A stretch of 64,000 nucleotides of DNA from Bacteroidales bacterium (GCA_029210585.1 JARGFP010000004.1:14244-78243), one strand, 5' to 3'. Positions 28,335 through 38,604 are shown, numbered from the stretch's first letter. Notes: generated by a model not told the origin, from the letters alone. A program made the numbers and translations.

Positions 28335-30491
28335 CTATTTAGCTGGTTCAGAAAGTAATACAGAGTTGATTTTGTGAAGGGAACCTCTTTCTATGAGCCG
28401 GTTCGCGTCAGTGTGCTCCACGGTCACATCCTGTCCGGTCATATCCGTGACGGTGAGACTGTGGATCGCATTGGATATATCAACAGATTCATAAAATATG
28501 TCGGATCCGATAATGGCGTCTTTCCGGTGGGTAGGAAGTGTTCCTGAAAATTCGCCATCATCGAAAACTGTTGTACCCCTTACAAAGTGGTAATAGACAA
28601 ATTCTTTTAATTCATCCGCATCAGTGGGAAGCAGACCGGCAATTACTGCATCTGCAAGTGCCTGGTTGGTGGGTGCAAATACGGTCCACTGGTTCAACTG
28701 GTTCATGAAATTAATCCTTGGAAATCTCACTCCAGGAATCTCATAATCGGCCTGGATACTGTCGATCAGGTTCAGCGTATCCAGCATCGTCCCGAAGTCA
28801 GAAAGCTCCGGATCATTCAGGATATATTCGGCAGTATTATAGGGAGCCTTGATAGAATTGTCGATATAGAAGAGGTTTCCGTTCCTGTTGCTGGGCACCT
28901 TTTCCACCACAAGGCTTACATCACCTTCAACCTGGTTTCCACCTCCAATGATTTCACCGTTATTATAATATATATAATTATCGGATGCCATCCGGATGAA
29001 ACCCTCACCCAGGAAATCCTCATAATTCCCGGCATGGATGTAGTCCTCAACAAAATCCTGTATGTCCAGTACTTCCATCTCGTTCCAGACACCGTCCGAA
29101 CCCATGATCTCAATGATGATATCTCCATCCACTTCATTATGCCTGATGCCATATTCCAGGAGCTCTGCATTGCTGGGAGCAAAAAGGGTCATTGTGATAT
29201 CAGGACGGGTAAGGCTATTCAGGACACCTGATTCTTCAAGTGCGTAAAGGAATGTTGTATACTCACGCTGGTAGAAGATATCTCCGGGGACACAGGTAAA
29301 GGCATTGGGCTCCATCAAGCTGTTCATGAAATAGATCACCCCGTTTCCACATCCTCGTGCTCCGCCAATGTCGGCATTCACATCAATCGTGATCTCATCA
29401 CCGTAATAATTCAGAAAGCGATCTTCAATTTTAGAAGGAAGACTCAGGTAGGTATTCAGGTGAGACTGGAGCAGGTAAACCAGGAATAACTGCGGTACAC
29501 TGTCAAGGGATGAATATGACTGGAGTACCGTATTGTCGAGAAAGTCCTGCAGGACATTGTCATACGGGATGAATGCAGTAAAGGAATACAGCATTTTTGC
29601 TTCTGCCGAAGAGGACTCAGGACCCCACTCATCAGCGAAGTCACTGATCTGACTGTAGCTCTTCCTGTACCTCCGCTCATTGTCCTCATTAAAACCGGGA
29701 TTCACGTAAGTGGCAAATCTCTGGGCGATGTCATAGAATACCCCAAACTGATCCTGGTTGTCTTTGAGATATGTTTCAATGGTCTCCACCGGTTCAACCA
29801 CCCTGTCTAGATAATAGATAAATCCGCTCGATGTACGCACTTCCGCCTCGGTTACCATGGCATCGTGCCACTGCATTCCGCTCCAGGAGCTGTTCGGATA
29901 CATAAAAAGGTAATCAGAACCCTTGGGATCACCAAAATAATCCTCAAAAAACTCGGTTGTAAACAGGGGGATCATCGTGGTGCGTCGGTACAGCAACAAC
30001 TCCTCGTCCTTGAATTCAGGATTATACCTGACCGTCTCCTTATATTCCAAAGGAACAGCATAGGTCTCCTTCCTGTGGAACAATGTCCCGTACTCACCTT
30101 TAGGATCCTGCAGCTCTCCCCAGGCATACTCATACATCAATTGTTCACGTGACCTGGGGTTGATCAGGATGTGCTGACCGAAAAGCTCTTCTGCAGCATC
30201 TGTTGACAGCGCATCCACACTGCTGACGCCAATCTTATCGAAATAAGCTTCGAATGAACTGTCACTGGGCACAAACAAGGTGAAAAGCTGATTTTCAATC
30301 GACACCCTGTATTCAGCCTTATCCATCAGGGCAAGGAAAATATCGTAGTTTCCCTCACCCTCAAGGGTCTCAATATTGGAACCTCCCAGCCATGGTGGGT
30401 CCTCATATCTTTCGTGAGGATCAGAACATTGTCTGGTGTACGTTGTCAATACCAGCAACAGTACGCTGCTAAACAGTGAAATTCTTCTCAT
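28335..30491 (-). CDS. Multi-FAS1 (fasciclin) domain lipoprotein (module 1)
   Basis: 718-aa ORF with signal/lipobox-like VLTTYTRQCSD. FAS1 H1/H2-type motifs repeat: FTLFVPSDSSFEAYF...SGFIYYLDRVVEP, then MTLFAPSNAELLEY, then WTVFAPTNQALADAV...FVYYHFVRG...GSLHKINSVLL. Confidence 0.82.
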   Translation of the reverse strand: MRRISLFSSVLLLVLTTYTRQCSDPHERYEDPPWLGGSNIETLEGEGNYDIFLALMDKAEYRVSIENQLFTLFVPSDSSFEAYFDKIGVSSVDALSTDAAEELFGQHILINPRSREQLMYEYAWGELQDPKGEYGTLFHRKETYAVPLEYKETVRYNPEFKDEELLLYRRTTMIPLFTTEFFEDYFGDPKGSDYLFMYPNSSWSGMQWHDAMVTEAEVRTSSGFIYYLDRVVEPVETIETYLKDNQDQFGVFYDIAQRFATYVNPGFNEDNERRYRKSYSQISDFADEWGPESSSAEAKMLYSFTAFIPYDNVLQDFLDNTVLQSYSSLDSVPQLFLVYLLQSHLNTYLSLPSKIEDRFLNYYGDEITIDVNADIGGARGCGNGVIYFMNSLMEPNAFTCVPGDIFYQREYTTFLYALEESGVLNSLTRPDITMTLFAPSNAELLEYGIRHNEVDGDIIIEIMGSDGVWNEMEVLDIQDFVEDYIHAGNYEDFLGEGFIRMASDNYIYYNNGEIIGGGNQVEGDVSLVVEKVPSNRNGNLFYIDNSIKAPYNTAEYILNDPELSDFGTMLDTLNLIDSIQADYEIPGVRFPRINFMNQLNQWTVFAPTNQALADAVIAGLLPTDADELKEFVYYHFVRGTTVFDDGEFSGTLPTHRKDAIIGSDIFYESVDISNAIHSLTVTDMTGQDVTVEHTDANRLIERGSLHKINSVLLSEPAK

Positions 30492-30845
30492 TTTAGTTCA
30501 GTAGTTTGATTAAATCCACAAAAGGAACCTCACCGTTCTCCCTCCAGCCTGGAGTTCCTATGCTCCATGTCTGATTTTACCTCCTGCTCTATCTTACTGC
30601 TGATCAATAAGTTCCGGAATGAAACGGAAGATCCCGATTGTAAACATATTGCAATATGAATATTTCAGTGCATATACACCAATTAATTATCACATCTTAT
30701 ACTTAACACGACCGATTTGAAACCTCAACAAAAACCATACAGAATTCAATTACACTCTGGAATACATCAATTGAAATTAGAAAATGCAAATACTTGCTGA
30801 TTCAATTGAATTTCATATATTTCGAAATACATAATTTTATATTAT

Positions 30846-33767
30846 ATGACATCAGGAAATACCATCCGGTTCATCATTACATACATCATATTGGGTTTGT
30901 TGCATGCAACCGAACTTACTTCACAAATCAAGTCAATTGGTCAGCCGGATGTTCATAATTTCACTACTGAACAGACCCATGCCGGGGCGCAAACATGGGA
31001 TATTTTAGAGGATGACAAGGGCAATGTATATTTTGGCAATGAAAAAGGGATCATCAGGTTCGATGGTGAGGAGTGGCGGTTGATCCCGTTAGATAACAAT
31101 TCTGAGGTCCATTCGATTACACAAGGATCTGATGGAAGGATCTATGTAGGCGGGTATACTGAAATTGGGATGATCATGGAAGATTCTTTGGGTAAGCCGA
31201 TCTATAAAAACCTGAACCATCTGATCCCGGAAGATTACAGGAATTTTGCGACGGTATGGGAGATTCACCAGACCCGATATGGCATTATCTTCCAGAGCTA
31301 TGAATATATATTTATACTGCAGGATGGGGCAATGCGCGTGATCGAACCCCAAACCAGCTTCGGGTTCTCTTACTATGTAAACAATAATTTTTACATCGTT
31401 GAGAAAGAGCGTGGCCTGAAGAAGCTGGAAAATGGAGCACTGCATATCGTTTCCGATGCACCTGTATTTACAGAAGATGAGATCATGCTCATCCTGCCGT
31501 ACAGTTCCGATGACCTCATCATCGGTTCATTTTCCAATGGATTGTTTGTCCTCTCCGGATCAAAATTGCAGAAATGGAATGTAGAGATGAATAAAAATGC
31601 GGTCAGCCATAATTTATACAATGGATCTGTCAACAACGACCACTATATTTTCGGCACCGTAAAGAACGGACTCTATATCACTGATATAAATGGCAACATC
31701 ATACAGCATCTCAACAGGTTGAAGGTGTTGCAAAACAACACCGTTCTCTCTCACCTCACAGATTCACGTGGAAATTTATGGGTGGGCCTGGACAATGGGA
31801 TCGATTATCTAAAGACCAGTTTGCCCATCTCATTTATCCACCATAACTTCAATATCGAAACGGCCTATACCTCGATCATTTTCAACGGGAAGTTATATGT
31901 AGGCACCAACCAGGGACTGCTCACCAAGCCATTCGGCCAGCTTTCCAATCCCAATGATATTGAATTCGACATGGTAGAAAATACTGAAGGTCAGGTCTGG
32001 TATCTTGCCGTGATGGACGATCAGTTGTTGTGTGCCCATAATTATGGGGCATTCAGGATTGAAGGTGAAAAGGCAGTGAAGATCTCAAATTCGGATGGAG
32101 TCTGGAATTTTTTCAGGATGAACGGGGTGGACGACCGACTGTTCAGCAGCAACTACGATGGGTTCATTACTTATGAGAAGGACCGTGAGGGGCACTGGCA
32201 ACAGACCGGTACGATAGATTTAGATAAATCCCTCAGAAAGATAGTGTGTGATAGTGAGAATAACATTTGGGTAAGCCACGACTATGAAGGTTTGTACAAG
32301 GTGAGGTTAAATGCAGACTTTTCGGATACTTTATCTATGGAGCAGTTCCTTGACACAGCCGGACTTGGTGGTGATTTACCTTACAATATCCATATGCTTG
32401 ATGGCCAGTTCTTTGTTTCAACCACCAATGGAAACTATGTATATGATTCTGACATGAATACATTTGTACCGTCGGGAGAGTTAAACAGTTTTTTCGCCGG
32501 CCTGGGCAAGATCTCTTTTCTGCATGTCGACCATCGTGGAAACAGGTGGTATACCTCAGATGAAGGTGCTGGATTTTACCGGTTACTGGAAGATGGCACC
32601 TACCGGAAGATTTCCACCCCTTTTGCAATGCTCTCCAATTTCCTGAAAAACAATTATGAACACATATATGTACATGACTATGAAAATGTCTTTATCGGAT
32701 CGGTAAAGGGACTGATCCATTATGACCCCACTGTAAACAAAAATTTTCAATTCAAATCCATTGCACACATCAAAACCGTCAGTATCTCATCCAGAAGCCG
32801 CGATTCTGTCCTGACCTACCAGGGCAATAAAGATATGGAGACAGAAGAAGCATTCGAAAACTATCAACTTGCATACGAATGGAATAACCTTGCATTTACA
32901 TATAATTGTCCGGACCCCGAAAATTCTGACAATATTACCTACAGCTGCAGGCTGATTGGTTTCAGTGATGAATGGTCGGACTGGAATACATCGAACAGGA
33001 AAGAATACAACAATCTGAAGGACGGCGAATACATATTCGAAGTGAGAGCAAATAATATCTACAACAGCATCAGTGCAACTGACCGCTTCGCATTTTCCAT
33101 CCTGACCCCTTTCTACAGGTCCACCACAGCGTATATCCTTTACACCGTGCTGATGCTTATCATGCTGCTGACCGGGATACTGTACCTCAGGAGAAGGTTC
33201 GAATACATCAGATCCTCAGAAAAAGAGAAATACACAGTCGCATTTCAGAAGAAAGAAGAAATATTAAAAGAGGAACAATTGCGGGCGGAACGCGAAATTG
33301 AAAGACTACGGATCGATAAACTGGAATCCAGCATGAAGCATAAGAACAAGGAACTGGCAAATTCAACCTACCACATCATCCGGAAAAACAAATTCCTCAA
33401 CGCCCTCAAACAGGAACTATCTAACCTCACCAAAGCTGCAAAAAGCGAATTCGTCGAGCAGGAATTAAAAAAGATCAGTCGCAAGATCGACAGGGATATC
33501 AACAATGAAAAGAACTGGGAGGTTTTCGACCGTTACTTCGATGAGGTACACCAGGAGTTTCTCAACAGGGTGAAAGAAAAACACCCGGATATCTCACCAA
33601 AGGAGCTGCGACTGAGTGCCTACCTGAGAATGAACATCTCTACCAAGGAGATCGCTCCGTTGATGAACATATCCATCCGTGGGGTCGAGATCAGCCGTTA
33701 CCGTTTACGGAAAAAGCTGCATCTCGACCGTGATGACAATCTTACACAGTACTTAATGGATATATAG
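30846..33767 (+). CDS. Membrane-tethered propeller/Y_Y_Y sensor with LuxR-type HTH (regulator 3; close paralog of regulator 2)
   Basis: 973-aa ORF. NNTVLSHLTDSRGNLWVGLDNGIDYLK matches the equivalent stretch in regulator 2. Y_Y_Y-like YSCRLIGFSDEWSDW...YIFEVRANN. TM AYILYTVLMLIMLLTGILYL (~33130-33190), then a coiled-coil. HTH ISPKELRLSAYLRMNISTKEIAPLMNISIRGVEISRYRLRKKLHL. Confidence 0.87.
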   Translation: MTSGNTIRFIITYIILGLLHATELTSQIKSIGQPDVHNFTTEQTHAGAQTWDILEDDKGNVYFGNEKGIIRFDGEEWRLIPLDNNSEVHSITQGSDGRIYVGGYTEIGMIMEDSLGKPIYKNLNHLIPEDYRNFATVWEIHQTRYGIIFQSYEYIFILQDGAMRVIEPQTSFGFSYYVNNNFYIVEKERGLKKLENGALHIVSDAPVFTEDEIMLILPYSSDDLIIGSFSNGLFVLSGSKLQKWNVEMNKNAVSHNLYNGSVNNDHYIFGTVKNGLYITDINGNIIQHLNRLKVLQNNTVLSHLTDSRGNLWVGLDNGIDYLKTSLPISFIHHNFNIETAYTSIIFNGKLYVGTNQGLLTKPFGQLSNPNDIEFDMVENTEGQVWYLAVMDDQLLCAHNYGAFRIEGEKAVKISNSDGVWNFFRMNGVDDRLFSSNYDGFITYEKDREGHWQQTGTIDLDKSLRKIVCDSENNIWVSHDYEGLYKVRLNADFSDTLSMEQFLDTAGLGGDLPYNIHMLDGQFFVSTTNGNYVYDSDMNTFVPSGELNSFFAGLGKISFLHVDHRGNRWYTSDEGAGFYRLLEDGTYRKISTPFAMLSNFLKNNYEHIYVHDYENVFIGSVKGLIHYDPTVNKNFQFKSIAHIKTVSISSRSRDSVLTYQGNKDMETEEAFENYQLAYEWNNLAFTYNCPDPENSDNITYSCRLIGFSDEWSDWNTSNRKEYNNLKDGEYIFEVRANNIYNSISATDRFAFSILTPFYRSTTAYILYTVLMLIMLLTGILYLRRRFEYIRSSEKEKYTVAFQKKEEILKEEQLRAEREIERLRIDKLESSMKHKNKELANSTYHIIRKNKFLNALKQELSNLTKAAKSEFVEQELKKISRKIDRDINNEKNWEVFDRYFDEVHQEFLNRVKEKHPDISPKELRLSAYLRMNISTKEIAPLMNISIRGVEISRYRLRKKLHLDRDDNLTQYLMDI

Positions 33768-33848
33768 AAGCTGGTAACCTATTTCTGATCAGGTCATTAT
33801 CCGATCGAAGAACCTGTCAATTTTATTACATATAGTTTGTCCATAAAA

Positions 33849-33894
33849 TGTCCGATATCAAAACCTGCCCAAGGGTAAGCTTTGATATCGGACA
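33849..33894 (-). terminator. Perfect 14-bp-stem hairpin between convergent genes, probable terminator for the minus-strand SusD
   Basis: TGTCCGATATCAAA (33849-33862) pairs with TTTGATATCGGACA (33881-33894) across an 18-nt loop. On the minus strand the hairpin is followed by TTTTATGG. There is no T-tract on the plus strand. Confidence 0.6.
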
Positions 33895-33934
33895 ATACTA
33901 TAACCATTGTACTTTACTGACAGACTAAATAATT

Positions 33935-35491
33935 TTAATATCCATCGTTTTGTATCAATGTACCTGCTGATAGATCAATCTCTGTCTGTGGAATTGGGAG
34001 AAAACCTTTGGTGGCAGGATCGAAATTAACATCAAAGATATCCTGATCACCAATATAATTTGGTCCTCTCACCGAATTTGTCAACTCCTGCCCTGCAAAG
34101 CTAAGTCCGCGCCTGAGCAGATCGAAGTACCTGAGCCCCTCCAGTGACAGCTCTAATCTGCGTTCAGCATAAATATTATCTAATGTTGCCGGAACGCTGG
34201 GCAAATCAACCCTTGTTCTTACACGGTCAAGATAGGCCTGTGCATTCGGACTCCCAAGCTCAGCCGCCATAAGCAGCACATCAGAGAACCGGATCACACG
34301 ATGATTGATGGTTCTGTTCAGCTCAAACTGTCCGGCAGACCCCCAGTGTTCGGCATCAGAGGTGTATTTGTTGGAAAAATGACCGGTATGCTGATATCCT
34401 ACCGTTAATTTGCCATCCAGATCTGCTTCGGATACAACCGTATATTCAAGCCTGGGATCACCTGACAGGTCATCAACAAGTTTTTGGCTGACAGGTGCGA
34501 AACTCCAGCCCCTGTTCCAATTATCCGAACCGGTAACCCTTGGACCGTTCATTTGGGCAGAGAGGTTTCCATTGCCCCCCCGGACGTACTCCCAATCCCA
34601 CCAGGGAGGTGTGTCTCCATAGGAAATCTCAAAGACAGATTCTACGCCAAATTCACCGGACAGGCTGAAATTTTCTCCATAATCCTCAAACAGGTCATGT
34701 CCGCTGTTTGTGATCACATCTTCAAGTTCATTCAGTACATAGGTCTGGTCGACCGCGGTTCCACTGGCATCCAACTCTCCATTATAGACACCATTATAAA
34801 ACAGATACACCCTTGCAAGTAATGCCTTGGCCGCCCATTTGGTGACCCTGCCTGCCTCGGCAGAAACAACCTCTCCGGGTAAATCAGCAGCAGCCTCAAC
34901 CAGGTCGAGTGCAATTTGATTGTATACCTCTTCCGGTGTGTTTTGCTCCTGTTGATATTCTGAAGGACCTTTGATGGTAGATGTCAGCAACGGAATATTT
35001 TCAAAAAACCGAACCTGCTCAAAATAAAAGTAGGCACGCATGAATTTGGCCTCTGCAATGGTCCTGGTTTTAAAATCATCCGGTGCATCAATCTCTTCAA
35101 TTTTTTCAAGGAAAAGATTGGCTCTGTAGATACCAATGTAATTCTTGATCCAGAATGAATGAACAATCAGGTTGGTTGCCGGAATATTAAAAGTGTTCAG
35201 CTCATCTTCATTAAAACCGTCATTCGCATCTGAACCACCCGCGTAGGCGTCATCAGAGAGAATATCAGACATTGTAACAAAAGGTGCCCATGAAATGCCT
35301 GGTGAGGACTGATAGGTTAAAACATCATACACTGCAACAATCGCTTGCATTGCATCATCTTCGGTCTGATAAAAGTTAGACGATACTTCCTGATCCAGAG
35401 GTTTAAGATCCAAAAAATCCTCACAACCTGTGGCGAGCAGTGTAAGTAATATAATCGTAATACTGGTGATATACTTCTTCATGATCTTCAT
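33935..35491 (-). CDS. SusD/RagB-family outer-membrane lipoprotein (beta-glucan locus)
   Basis: 518-aa ORF with lipoprotein signal ILLTLLATGCEDF. SusD-type C-terminal region ERRLELSLEGLRYFDLLRRG. It sits directly downstream of a SusC gene. Confidence 0.9.
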   Translation of the reverse strand: MKIMKKYITSITIILLTLLATGCEDFLDLKPLDQEVSSNFYQTEDDAMQAIVAVYDVLTYQSSPGISWAPFVTMSDILSDDAYAGGSDANDGFNEDELNTFNIPATNLIVHSFWIKNYIGIYRANLFLEKIEEIDAPDDFKTRTIAEAKFMRAYFYFEQVRFFENIPLLTSTIKGPSEYQQEQNTPEEVYNQIALDLVEAAADLPGEVVSAEAGRVTKWAAKALLARVYLFYNGVYNGELDASGTAVDQTYVLNELEDVITNSGHDLFEDYGENFSLSGEFGVESVFEISYGDTPPWWDWEYVRGGNGNLSAQMNGPRVTGSDNWNRGWSFAPVSQKLVDDLSGDPRLEYTVVSEADLDGKLTVGYQHTGHFSNKYTSDAEHWGSAGQFELNRTINHRVIRFSDVLLMAAELGSPNAQAYLDRVRTRVDLPSVPATLDNIYAERRLELSLEGLRYFDLLRRGLSFAGQELTNSVRGPNYIGDQDIFDVNFDPATKGFLPIPQTEIDLSAGTLIQNDGY

Positions 35492-35499
35492 ATTTGTAA

Positions 35500-38400
35500 T
35501 TAAAATGTCATGGTTGTTCCCAGGCGAATGGTCCTGGCCTGTGGATAGACACCCCTGTCGATTCCGATATCAAAAGAACTCATCGCTCCGATTTCCGGAT
35601 CGGCTCCCGTATATTTCGTAAATGTAAAGAGGTTTTCAACTGATACATAAACACGTAAGTTTTGTGACTTGAGACGCTTCAGGATATTGTCATTCAATGT
35701 ATACCCCAGCTGAAGGTTCTTTATCCGTATAAAGGAACCATCCTCTATATACAGGTCTGAAACCCTGTAGTTCTTATTGATATCCTCCCACGTATACCTG
35801 GGGATTGAATTGGAAGTACCCTCTCCGGTCCATCGATCCAGCATCTGTGTTGTGCGGTTGGTAAACTGGAGATCCTGCCTTTGCGTACCATTGAAAATAT
35901 CATTTCCGTAAGTCCCCACAACGAGCAACGACAAATCGAACTGCCTGTATTCCAGTGAAGCATTCATGCCAAATGTAAAATCAGGTGTTGGATTCCCAAT
36001 CATTGTCCTGTCTTTCTCATCAAACACGCCGTCTTTGTTTACATCAACGAAGCGTACATCACCCGGCTGGGCATTTGATTGTAGCACTTCTCCCGTGTTT
36101 CCGATATGCTGAAAGACTTCAGTCTCGTTTTGAAAGATACCATCGGTCTGATATCCATAGAAATAAGCAATCGGCAAGCCAATCTCTGTTCGTGTAACCA
36201 TTCCGGCCACGGCCCATGTGGCACCTGGCAGGACACCATCCTGGTTACCGATATTTGTCATTTCATTCTGGTTATATGCACCGTTTACACCCACAGAATA
36301 GCGAAGTCCGTTGACAACATGGCGCCAGTTGACAGACATTTCAACTCCCCGGTTCCTTACACTTCCCACATTGGCAACAGGAGGATCATTTCCCACATGT
36401 GCGGGAATGGGAATTCTTTCAAGCAGCCCATCGGTGGTTTTGATGTAATAATCAACAGTGGCCACCAACCGGCTGTTAAATCCACGAATGTCCATGGCGA
36501 TATCCAACTGTTCAGACTCTTCCCAGTGGATATCGGCATTCTCGATATATCCGGGTGAGGATCCAACCTTTCTTCCGCTCCCGAATATGTAACCCCTGCT
36601 CTGATCCATGACCGAGATAAACTGGTAATTTCCGATCTCCTGGTTTCCGTTAATTCCATAGGATGTTCTGAGTTTTAAGAAGTTGATCGGTCCCAGGTCG
36701 GGCATAAAATCCTCGTCACTGAGCACCCAGGCAAAACCCACTGAGGGAAATATCCCATATCTCATGTTGGAACCGAATTTCGAAGAGCCGTCTCTCCTTA
36801 AAATACCTGTAAAAGAGTATTTATCCCTGAAATCATAGGTGATACGACCGAAGGCTGAAAGCAAAGAAGCGTGTGATGCTCCGCCCCTTGCTGTCCATAC
36901 AGTATCAGTAGCCATGTTGAGATACACATGGTCCGGGTCGGTAATGGGCACTTGAGCATTGAAACCTGACAAATCTTCATAATTTTCTTTTCTTGCAGTC
37001 ATACCTGCCAGGACAGTAAAATTATGGTCGCCTGCCTGCTTGGTATAGGATACCGTGTTTTCCCATTGCCAGGTAAAATATCGTTGTATCTCTTTGGTAA
37101 CAGAAGTTTTCTCAACATTGAGCTGTGCTCCGTTTAGATAGAAAAGCGGACGGTAGGAATCATTGAGCACATAGGCGAGATCAATCCCCACGCTGGATTT
37201 AAAACTTAATCCCTCAATGAGATCTACCTGGGCAAATGCACTTCCGACGAGTTTATCAACCCGTGTTTCTCCTGTTTGTATTTCCATCAATGCCAGTGGG
37301 TTCACGATCTCAGCCCCCACATAGTTGGAGATACCATAAACCCTGCCCTGGTCGTCTGTAACAACAGGTTCATCAGAATAGGGAGAGTTTTCAAGGACAT
37401 CGGGGTCTGTCTCATATACAGGGGTCAACGGATCCAGGTTCAATGCACTGCTGTATGCACTGTTAAATGATCCGTTGCTTGAGATTCCTCTCCTTTTAAT
37501 ATGGGAATATGCCAGGTTGCTTCCATAACTGAAAAAATCATTTACCTGGGTCCTTGTATTCAGGCGGCCTGTCAATCGCTCAAACTTTGACTTGTCTCCG
37601 CCGATGATCCCTTCCTGGGAAAAATAGGAGATCGATGATGCATAGCTGGTATTGTCTTTCCCTCCTGTAACAGAAAGTTCATGGTTGGTCATGGGCACAT
37701 TCTCATGGAAAAGATAATCCTGCCAATTGGTATTATACGCTGCGATTTCATTTAAATCAAAAGGCTCGGTCCTTTCTGCATTTCGTGCACCTTCGTTCAT
37801 CAATTCACGGTATTGATCAGCATTCAGCATGTCGATCTTATTTGCAACATTCTGTACACCATAATATCCTGAATAGGTAACGTTCATCACTCCCTGGGTC
37901 CCTGATTTAGTGGTGATCAGCACAACACCATTGGCTGCCCTTGCCCCGTAAATCGCGGCCGACGCAGCATCTTTCAGTACATCAATAGACTCAATGTCCC
38001 CCGGGTTCAGATAATCGATGCCCCCGACAGCCATCCCGTCGACAATATAAAGTGGTTCGGCATTCCCTGTGGTTCCAGCCCCCCTGATACGCACGGTGGG
38101 TGCTTCACCAGGCTGACCTGAAAGATTGGTCACCTGCACACCTGCAGTACGTCCCTGCATGGCCTGATCCACCCTGAGTGTCGGAGTGGAATTGATTTCC
38201 TCACCACTGACCGATGAAATTGCTCCTGTGACAACCTTCTTCTTCTGGGAACCGTATCCGATGACTACAACTTCATCCAGTTCTTCCAGCTTTAATTCGA
38301 GATTCACCTCTATGAATACCTGGTTTTCAACCGGGACAATTTGTTCCTGGTAGCCAACACTGGAGACCACAAGAATCGCATCAGGGGATGAAACCGTGAG

Positions 38401-38604
38401 GCTGAACTCCCCGGACACCCCTGTAATGGTACCATTTAAAGTGCCCTGTTCCAGGACCGAAGCTCCAATGATCTCTTCGCCTGATTCTGCATCTTTCACA
38501 ACACCTTCCAGCGTATGTTCCTGGGCAAAAAGAGAGCCGGAAAACGTTATAAAGACTAATATAGGCAATAGTCTTAAGAAGGAATATACTTTCATTATTT
38601 TCAA
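35500..38604 (-). CDS. SusC/RagA-family TonB-dependent transporter (beta-glucan locus)
   Basis: 1034-aa ORF with signal ending SLFAQ. CarboxypepD_reg-like LEGVVKDAESGEEIIGASVLE. Plug-like VRIRGAGTTGNAEPLYIVDGMAV...GARAANGVVLITTKSG. Ends ...RLGTTMTF. Confidence 0.92.
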   Translation of the reverse strand: MKIMKVYSFLRLLPILVFITFSGSLFAQEHTLEGVVKDAESGEEIIGASVLEQGTLNGTITGVSGEFSLTVSSPDAILVVSSVGYQEQIVPVENQVFIEVNLELKLEELDEVVVIGYGSQKKKVVTGAISSVSGEEINSTPTLRVDQAMQGRTAGVQVTNLSGQPGEAPTVRIRGAGTTGNAEPLYIVDGMAVGGIDYLNPGDIESIDVLKDAASAAIYGARAANGVVLITTKSGTQGVMNVTYSGYYGVQNVANKIDMLNADQYRELMNEGARNAERTEPFDLNEIAAYNTNWQDYLFHENVPMTNHELSVTGGKDNTSYASSISYFSQEGIIGGDKSKFERLTGRLNTRTQVNDFFSYGSNLAYSHIKRRGISSNGSFNSAYSSALNLDPLTPVYETDPDVLENSPYSDEPVVTDDQGRVYGISNYVGAEIVNPLALMEIQTGETRVDKLVGSAFAQVDLIEGLSFKSSVGIDLAYVLNDSYRPLFYLNGAQLNVEKTSVTKEIQRYFTWQWENTVSYTKQAGDHNFTVLAGMTARKENYEDLSGFNAQVPITDPDHVYLNMATDTVWTARGGASHASLLSAFGRITYDFRDKYSFTGILRRDGSSKFGSNMRYGIFPSVGFAWVLSDEDFMPDLGPINFLKLRTSYGINGNQEIGNYQFISVMDQSRGYIFGSGRKVGSSPGYIENADIHWEESEQLDIAMDIRGFNSRLVATVDYYIKTTDGLLERIPIPAHVGNDPPVANVGSVRNRGVEMSVNWRHVVNGLRYSVGVNGAYNQNEMTNIGNQDGVLPGATWAVAGMVTRTEIGLPIAYFYGYQTDGIFQNETEVFQHIGNTGEVLQSNAQPGDVRFVDVNKDGVFDEKDRTMIGNPTPDFTFGMNASLEYRQFDLSLLVVGTYGNDIFNGTQRQDLQFTNRTTQMLDRWTGEGTSNSIPRYTWEDINKNYRVSDLYIEDGSFIRIKNLQLGYTLNDNILKRLKSQNLRVYVSVENLFTFTKYTGADPEIGAMSSFDIGIDRGVYPQARTIRLGTTMTF

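Noticed and set aside
30800-30811. 12-bp perfect palindrome ATTCAATTGAAT (and TCAATTGA at 30767-30774) upstream of regulator 3 as a stand-alone operator call.
   Set aside because: A 12-bp palindrome is expected by chance many times in 64 kb, especially in AT-rich DNA. I retained it only as part of the ATTCAAT motif-recurrence observation.
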